From assembly GCA_964545575.1 (NCBI GenBank), contig CAZJFL010000007.1, positions 31,848-95,847 of the forward strand: a DNA stretch of 64,000 nucleotides, given 5' to 3'. The notes under the pieces were generated by a model, which was not told the DNA's origin, did not search any database, and saw only the letters and a list, made by a program, of their open reading frames with translations. Positions 58,004 to 64,000 of the stretch are shown in pieces (the stretch's first letter is position 1; the number at the start of each line of letters is the position of its first letter). The position numbers were made by a program, and so were the translations under genes. The stretch is from an uncultured Planctomycetales bacterium. Its GTDB lineage: Bacteria; Omnitrophota; Gorgyraeia; Gygaellales; Profunditerraquicolaceae.

Positions 58004-58657
58004 TTAAATTATGACTACAAACTCCCCGCGGGGCTTATTTTGTTTAAAATAAGCGATGATTTGGCTGGTCTTTGCGCGCTTGATTTCTTCAAATTTCTTA
58101 GTCAGCTCCCGGGCTACGGCTATCTCTTTATCACCAAAAACCGCTAAAATATCCTCTAAAGTGGCTAAAATGCGGTGGCAGGACTCATAAATGATTATTG
58201 TCATCTTAGCCTTAGCCAGCGTTTTCAGCCGGTTTTTGCGGGCGCCGGAACGGTTAGGCAGGAATCCGGCAAAGATAAATTCATGCGCCGGCTTGCCTGA
58301 AAGCACTAAGGCATTGACAAAAGCGGTTGCTCCCGGGATTACCGTCATCTCAATATTATTTTTTATGGCTAGATTAATTAAATTATAGCCCGGATCTAAA
58401 ATCCCGGGCATCCCTGCGTCTGAAACTAAGGCGATGTTTCTGCCTTCCTGCAAAAGTTTTAACAAATACTCGCCTTTAATAAACCTATTGTGTTGATAGA
58501 AACTGGTGGTGGGAACGCGAATCCCGTAATGGTCAAGTAGAATTTTTGTATGGCGGGTATCTTCGCAGGCGATTAGATCGACGGATTTTAAAACCTCTAC
58601 GGCGCGAAAAGTTATGTCTTTGAGATTGCCTATGGGGGTAGCGACGATATAGAGCAT
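58004..58657 (-). CDS. rsmI: 16S rRNA (cytidine1402-2'-O)-methyltransferase
   Basis: MLYIVATPIGNLKDITFRAVEVL...IACEDTRHT. Confidence 0.8.
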   Translation of the reverse strand: MLYIVATPIGNLKDITFRAVEVLKSVDLIACEDTRHTKILLDHYGIRVPTTSFYQHNRFIKGEYLLKLLQEGRNIALVSDAGMPGILDPGYNLINLAIKNNIEMTVIPGATAFVNALVLSGKPAHEFIFAGFLPNRSGARKNRLKTLAKAKMTIIIYESCHRILATLEDILAVFGDKEIAVARELTKKFEEIKRAKTSQIIAYFKQNKPRGEFVVII

Positions 58658-60495
58658 TATTCGACGGTGACGGACTTGGCGAGGTTACGCGGCTGGTCGA
58701 CATCGCAGCCGCGTTTTAGCGCAATATGATACGCTAATAATTGCAGCGGCAGCGCTACGATTAACGGAGAAAGGGATTCGCCCACTTTGGGTATATAAAT
58801 TACTTCTCCGGTCAACTCTTGAATATTTTTGTTGCCTTGGGTGGCAATGGCGATGATTTTGCCATGGCGGCTGCGAATCTCCTGGATATTGGAGATCATC
58901 TTATCATAAACCTTAGACTCAACAGCAATACAAACTACGGCGCGGTATTCATCAATAAGGGCAATGGGGCCGTGTTTCATCTCGCCGGCAGCATAGCCTT
59001 CGGCGGGAATATAGGAAATCTCTTTCAGTTTTAATGCCCCCTCTAATGCGGAAGGGAAATTTATGTTTCTACCCAGATACAAAAACGACCCAAAATGCGA
59101 ATGGCGACGGGCGAGGCTGGCAATGGCATTTTGCTGCTTTAACACCGCTTCTTGCTGCTCGGGTATTTTCCTTAGCTCATTCAGATATTTATTAATCCTG
59201 GCCTGCGGTAGGGTTTTGCGGATACCCGCCAGATAAAACGCAAATAAATATAGGGCAACCAGCTGGGCGGTGTAGGCCTTGGTAGAAGCCACGCCTATTT
59301 CCGGGCCGGCGTGGGTATAGATAATGCCGTCGGATTCGCGGGTTATGGTTGAGCCTAAAACATTGCAAATAGAAAGTACGGGTGAGCCGCATTTCCTGGC
59401 CTGTCTTACTCCGGCTAAAGTATCCGCTGTCTCCCCGGACTGGCTCACCGCAATCACCAAAGTATCCGGGCCGATCAATAAATCGCGGTAGCGGAATTCG
59501 CTGGAGACATCCACTGCCGTCGGGATGCCGCATAAAGACTCTAAAATATACTTGCCTACAAAGCCGGCATGATACGCCGTGCCGCAGGCAACGATGGAGA
59601 TCCGCCGGATATTTTTAAGCTTGGCTTCGGGGATACGCTGTTCGGAAAAAATTATTCTGTTCGTGCCCTGCGCTATGCGCAGCTTTAAAAAATTATCGAT
59701 GATTGCGGGCTGTTCATTGATTTCTTTGAGCATAAAATGCTTATAGCCCTGCTTTTCTGCCTGCGTAATATCCCAATTGATACGGGTGGATTTTTTGGAG
59801 AGCTTTCTGCCGTTTAGGCCGGTCACCTGCACGCTGTCTTTGGTCAAGACCGCCACTTCGTTTTCATCTAAAAAGATGATCTCCTTGGTGTACTCTAAAA
59901 CCGCCGGCGCGTCCGAGGCCAGGAAATTCTCGTTTTTCCCTATGCCTAAAATGAGCGGGCTGCCGGAGCGGGCGCCCACCAGCTTATCCGGTTCTTTTTT
60001 GGAAATAACTCCTATAGCAAACGAACCGACGACCAGCTTCAGGGCTTTACGCACTGCTTCTTCCAGCGGCACGCCGCGATAAAACTTTTCAATCAGGTGC
60101 ACCATCACTTCGGTATCAGTCTGGCTTTTAAAACGGTGGCCTTCTTTAATCAGCTTTACCTTTAAGGTTTCGAAGTTTTCGATGATCCCGTTGTGGACAA
60201 CTACAATTTCTCCGCGGCAGTCATCATGCGGATGGGCATTGGCCTGATTCGGAGCGCCGTGCGTAGCCCAGCGGGTATGCGCAACACCGACGGTGCCGAC
60301 AAGGGGTTTATTTTTCAGGATTTTTTCTAGGACAGCGATTTTGCCGGGGGATTTTCTAATCGAAGGGGCATTTTTGCCTGAGAGGATCACTGCCATGCCG
60401 CTTGAGTCATAGCCGCGGTATTCCAGCCGCTTCAGGCCGTTCAATAAAATCGGCTGCGCCTGCCTAACCCCTACGTATCCGACTATTCCGCACAT
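58657..60495 (-). CDS. glmS: Glutamine--fructose-6-phosphate aminotransferase
   Basis: MCGIVGY... Ntn amidotransferase plus two SIS domains, ending in ...VTVE. Confidence 0.95.
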   Translation of the reverse strand: MCGIVGYVGVRQAQPILLNGLKRLEYRGYDSSGMAVILSGKNAPSIRKSPGKIAVLEKILKNKPLVGTVGVAHTRWATHGAPNQANAHPHDDCRGEIVVVHNGIIENFETLKVKLIKEGHRFKSQTDTEVMVHLIEKFYRGVPLEEAVRKALKLVVGSFAIGVISKKEPDKLVGARSGSPLILGIGKNENFLASDAPAVLEYTKEIIFLDENEVAVLTKDSVQVTGLNGRKLSKKSTRINWDITQAEKQGYKHFMLKEINEQPAIIDNFLKLRIAQGTNRIIFSEQRIPEAKLKNIRRISIVACGTAYHAGFVGKYILESLCGIPTAVDVSSEFRYRDLLIGPDTLVIAVSQSGETADTLAGVRQARKCGSPVLSICNVLGSTITRESDGIIYTHAGPEIGVASTKAYTAQLVALYLFAFYLAGIRKTLPQARINKYLNELRKIPEQQEAVLKQQNAIASLARRHSHFGSFLYLGRNINFPSALEGALKLKEISYIPAEGYAAGEMKHGPIALIDEYRAVVCIAVESKVYDKMISNIQEIRSRHGKIIAIATQGNKNIQELTGEVIYIPKVGESLSPLIVALPLQLLAYHIALKRGCDVDQPRNLAKSVTVE

Positions 60496-60570
60496 GGTTT
60501 AGCTTATCGCTTATGGCTAATCGCTTGTCGTACGATATGCGATAAGCGATATGCCATTTGTCAATTTAAA

Positions 60571-60645
60571 CGTCCCCAACCGGATTCGAACCGGTGTCGA
60601 GAGCTTGAAAAGCTCTTGTCCTAGGCCAGGCTAGACGATGGGGAC
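60571..60645 (-). tRNA. tRNA-Glu (anticodon TTC)
   Basis: The reverse complement reads GTCCCCATCGTCTAGCCTGGCCTAGGACAAGAGCTTTTCAAGCTCT...GGTTCGAATCC..GGGGACG. No CCA is encoded. Confidence 0.85.
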
Positions 60646-60652
60646 TTTAAGT

Positions 60653-63082
60653 TTACTCTTCTTCAGCAATCACCGGAGCAACGCAGGATACGCGGTCTTT
60701 ATCCTGCAGCTTAATCAGGCGCACGCCCTGCGCAGAGCGGCCGGTTTCGCGGATGTCTTTCACCGCGCAGCGCAGGAACATCCCGTTTTGGGTAATCACC
60801 ATCAACTCGTCTTTATCGCTGACCGCCTTCAAATTCACTGCCTCGCCGTTTTTATCCGTAACCTTGATATTAATCACGCCCTTGCCTCCGCGCGAGGTCA
60901 GGCGGTATTCCTCTACGGTAGTGCGCTTGGCAAAACCGAGCGAGGTAACCGTCAGGATATCAGAACCTTTTTGCGGGACCACCATATCAATGACTTCGTC
61001 CTTCTTGGCTAAAGATATACCGCGCACGCCGCGCGCGCCCCTGCCCATATCCCGCACTTTGGCCTCGGTAAATCTGACCGCTTTGCCCTGGCGGGTACCG
61101 ATTAATAATTCCTGTTCCCCGTCGGTTAATTCGACGCCGATCAGCGCATCGCCTTTATCCAGAGTAATCCCGATGATCCCGCCCTTGCGCGGATTGCTGT
61201 AAGCGTCGAGCTTAGTTTTTTTGATCTGCCCGTTTTTAGTGACCATCACCAGATATTTATCCGCGGAAAATTCCTTTACCGGTATGGTCGAGCTGATTTT
61301 ATAACCCGCCTCCATCTGCAAAAGATTGATCAGGGCTTTGCCCTTAGAAATCCTGCTTGCCTGTGGAATTTCGTAGACTTTTAACCAGTGCACCTGGCCT
61401 TTATCGGTAAAAATTAAAATGTAGTCTTTAGTGGAGGCGACAAAAAGATGCCCTATGAAATCCTCTTCTTTGACTTCTGCCCCTGTGGCCCCGGTGCCGC
61501 CGCGTTTCTGTTTGCGGTAGGCGCTCACCGGCAGGCGCTTGATATAACCGCCGTGGCTGATGGTAACTACCACATCTTCTTCGGCAATCAAGTCTTCTAC
61601 TTCTAATTCTTCCACTTCTCCCACTATCTCGGTCCTGCGCTCATCGCCGTATTTTTTCTTTAAATTTTCCAACTCCTCTTTAATAATGCCTTTGATCTTC
61701 TTCTCCGAGGCCAGTATCGCCCGGCAAAGCTCGATTTTTTTCAAGAGCTCCACGTATTCGGCGTCGATTTTATCGCGCTCCAAAGCCGTGAGGCGCTGCA
61801 GCTGCATCTCCAGTATCGCCTGCGACTGTATTTCGGATAAATCAAATTCCTTCATCAGGCGCTCTTTGGCGTTCTCGGTATTCTTGGAGGTCTTGATCGT
61901 CTTAATAATGCGGTCGATGAATTTCAGCGCAATTTTCAAGCCTTCCAGGATGTGCGCGCGCCTTAAGGCCTTGTCTAATTCAAACTGCGTCCTGCGCCGG
62001 ATGATGATTTTGCGGTGCTCGATATAATAACCCAACATCTGGTGTAAATTCAGCACCCGCGGCCGGTTTTCTACCAATGCCAGCATAATAACCCCGAAAG
62101 TGCCTTCTAACTGGGTATGCTTAAAAAGCTGATTTAAAATAATCTGCGGCTCGACATCGCGCTTTAATTCTACTACTATGCGCATCCCTTCTTTATCGGA
62201 TTCATCGCGGATGTCGGAAATGCCTTCGATCTTTTTTTCATCCACTAAATTGGCGATCGCTTCTATCAGCGCCGACTTCTGCACCTGATAGGGGATTTCG
62301 CTAACCACGATTAAGTCCTTACCGTTCTTCTGATGCTCGACGGTGGCACGGGCGCGCACGGTGAGCTTCCCGCGGCCAGTAGTATAGGCTTCTTTAATGC
62401 CCCCCTTGCCGCAAATCACGCCACCCGTCGGGAAATCCGGGCCCTTAACATAGCGCATCAGGTCCTTGATATCCGCCTCGGGGTGCTCCAGGAGATAAAT
62501 AATCGCATCGGCGATTTCGTTTAAGTTATGCGGCGGGATGTTGGTGGCCATGCCTACAGCAATACCGCTTGAGCCGTTGACTAATAAATTAGGCAGGGCT
62601 GCCGGCAGTAAAAGCGGCTCCTGCAAAGAAGCATCAAAATTCGGGCCGAAATTAACCGTATCCTTATCAATATCCCCGAGCATCTCATCGGCAATCGCAG
62701 CCAGACGGGCTTCTGTGTAACGCATCGCTGCGGCAGCATCTCCATCAACAGAGCCGAAGTTGCCCTGTCCGTCGACAAGGGGATAACGCAAAGAAAAATC
62801 CTGCGCCATTCTCACTAAGGTATCATAAATCGCCACATCCCCATGCGGATGGTACTTACCCATGGTTTCGCCCACAATACGTGCGCATTTCTTATAGGGC
62901 TTAGAATGCTCGAGCCCCAGATCCTGCATCGCGTAAAGTATGCGCCGGTGCACCGGCTTTAGCCCGTCGCGGATATCCGGGAGGGCGCGCCCGACGATTA
63001 CGCTCATGGCGTAATTCAGGTAGGAATCTTTTACCTCTTCTTCAATGTAAATGGGAATGATTTTTTCGTTACGCGTATACAT
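60653..63082 (-). CDS. gyrA: DNA gyrase subunit A
   Basis: The QRDR-type AMRYTE motif (active-site Tyr), 809 aa, and C-terminal beta-pinwheel repeats. Confidence 0.95.
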   Translation of the reverse strand: MYTRNEKIIPIYIEEEVKDSYLNYAMSVIVGRALPDIRDGLKPVHRRILYAMQDLGLEHSKPYKKCARIVGETMGKYHPHGDVAIYDTLVRMAQDFSLRYPLVDGQGNFGSVDGDAAAAMRYTEARLAAIADEMLGDIDKDTVNFGPNFDASLQEPLLLPAALPNLLVNGSSGIAVGMATNIPPHNLNEIADAIIYLLEHPEADIKDLMRYVKGPDFPTGGVICGKGGIKEAYTTGRGKLTVRARATVEHQKNGKDLIVVSEIPYQVQKSALIEAIANLVDEKKIEGISDIRDESDKEGMRIVVELKRDVEPQIILNQLFKHTQLEGTFGVIMLALVENRPRVLNLHQMLGYYIEHRKIIIRRRTQFELDKALRRAHILEGLKIALKFIDRIIKTIKTSKNTENAKERLMKEFDLSEIQSQAILEMQLQRLTALERDKIDAEYVELLKKIELCRAILASEKKIKGIIKEELENLKKKYGDERRTEIVGEVEELEVEDLIAEEDVVVTISHGGYIKRLPVSAYRKQKRGGTGATGAEVKEEDFIGHLFVASTKDYILIFTDKGQVHWLKVYEIPQASRISKGKALINLLQMEAGYKISSTIPVKEFSADKYLVMVTKNGQIKKTKLDAYSNPRKGGIIGITLDKGDALIGVELTDGEQELLIGTRQGKAVRFTEAKVRDMGRGARGVRGISLAKKDEVIDMVVPQKGSDILTVTSLGFAKRTTVEEYRLTSRGGKGVINIKVTDKNGEAVNLKAVSDKDELMVITQNGMFLRCAVKDIRETGRSAQGVRLIKLQDKDRVSCVAPVIAEEE

Positions 63083-63232
63083 TTTTAATGAGCGCTAAAC
63101 TTATGCACGCGATAGCGTGAATAAGTTTATGCGCGAATTAATACCGCTACCTCGCTCCGTAAATGCCGGGTAGCGGTATAAGTCCGGGCTTATGATTTAT
63201 GTTCGCTTATGCTCCATAAATCATGCCCTCAC

Positions 63233-64000
63233 TTATATATCCAGGTTCTTCACCTGGTGTGCGTATTCCTCGATAAATTGCCGGCGCGGCTCAACCTGAT
63301 CCCCCATCAGCACGGTGAACATCTTGTCTGTGGCTACGGCGTCTTCTAAGGTGACTTTTAAAATAGTGCGCTTTTCAGGGTCCATGGTCGTCTCCCAGAG
63401 CTGCTGCGGATTCATCTCGCCTAAACCTTTATATCTTTGAATATGCATCCCCTTGGTAGCTGCCTCCTTGATATAAGCCAAAACCTCGGTGAGGCTAAAA
63501 AGATCGCGCTGCTCCTTTTCGTTAGTAATGCGGTAAGGCGCCTTGGGCTTCTTATCCGCTTCTTTGGCAGAAACCTCCTGCCGGGGCAGGGCTTCGGAAG
63601 CATAAGTAGTAATATCTAAGCCTAGTTTTTCTATTTTCGCCACTGCCTCTTCTACCTCCCGCGCTTCAAAGAGCTCCAAGATATCCGGTTCGTTCTCTTT
63701 ATCTTCCTTGCCAGTAATCGCGGCTAATTCCTTATCTGAAGCGATAAAACGCTCTTTTCCATCCACTTTTACCCTATAAATAGGTATTTTTTTGGTCTTT
63801 GGATGCCTGAAAGTGAGTAATTTTGCTAATTCTACTCCCTTTTTCTCTAACATCTTACCAACCTTCTCCAGCTCTACTAAGAGGTATAATAAGTCTTTAA
63901 ACTGGTTATCAGTAAAGGCCTTTTTATCTTTCAGGCGCAGCAGCTGATGCCCTTCCCGGCCTAAGTCTAAAAGCAGGTCGTCCATTTGTTGTTCGGTCTG
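63233..64000 (-). CDS. gyrB: DNA gyrase subunit B, C-terminal part (gene continues beyond the right window edge)
   Basis: The TOPRIM/C-terminal region ...[14 protein letters not shown]...[15 protein letters not shown]. Confidence 0.9.
   Translation of the reverse strand, partial: QTEQQMDDLLLDLGREGHQLLRLKDKKAFTDNQFKDLLYLLVELEKVGKMLEKKGVELAKLLTFRHPKTKKIPIYRVKVDGKERFIASDKELAAITGKEDKENEPDILELFEAREVEEAVAKIEKLGLDITTYASEALPRQEVSAKEADKKPKAPYRITNEKEQRDLFSLTEVLAYIKEAATKGMHIQRYKGLGEMNPQQLWETTMDPEKRTILKVTLEDAVATDKMFTVLMGDQVEPRRQFIEEYAHQVKNLDI

Overview
The window is a bacterial chromosomal segment in which every supportable gene lies on the minus strand; gyrB-gyrA at the right edge suggests the replication origin is close by. 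On the minus strand, running from high to low coordinates, it contains:

- gyrB (partial) and gyrA, tRNA-Glu, glmS and rsmI.
- A 4070-aa giant multidomain secreted/membrane protein (45540-57752).
- A Doc-toxin/HTH-antitoxin pair.
- The pyrR-pyrB-pyrC attenuation-controlled operon.
- A Mut7-C RNase-domain protein.
- A PHP-domain (endonuclease-Q-like) nuclease split by a LAGLIDADG intein.
- A flavodoxin, tRNA-Arg and a TIGR00725/LOG-like protein.
- carA-carB, YjbQ, fpg, an ICMT-family methyltransferase, pyrK, a GT2 glycosyltransferase, a half-size TauE-like membrane protein, pyrD and pyrF.
- A Chlamydia/spirochaete-type V-ATPase operon in the order E-hypothetical-A-B-D-I-K.
- tRNA-Val and tRNA-Asp followed by a repeat-dense structured region.
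- A CsaA-like tRNA-binding protein, YkgJ, a DUF2156-like protein and a DnaQ-like exonuclease.
- hypF (Kae1-like domain only), hypC and hypD.
- A transglutaminase-like lipoprotein, an endonuclease-III-like protein, a putative outer-membrane beta-barrel, an M20 deacylase, a PAC2-family protein and a HAD hydrolase.
- hypE and a UPF0280-like protein.
- Two tandem D-Ala-D-Ala-ligase-like ATP-grasp genes next to lysine 2,3-aminomutase.
- An EF-G paralog translationally coupled to a P-loop-less YchF-like protein.
- A partial purH running off the left edge.

Notable non-coding signals:

- A ~50-nt two-hairpin element in three copies, two intergenic and one in-frame inside the giant gene.
- A GGGAC/GTCCC palindrome array upstream of the giant gene.
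- Dispersed AAATCC/GGATTT repeat tracts at gene junctions.
- GTTAAC operator-like repeats upstream of the toxin-antitoxin pair.
- A well-formed PyrR attenuator.

The gene set (V-type ATPase, UPF0280, PAC2, TIGR00725, EndoQ-like nuclease with intein, giant ORF) points to an uncultivated lineage rather than a model organism; which lineage cannot be established from sequence alone.
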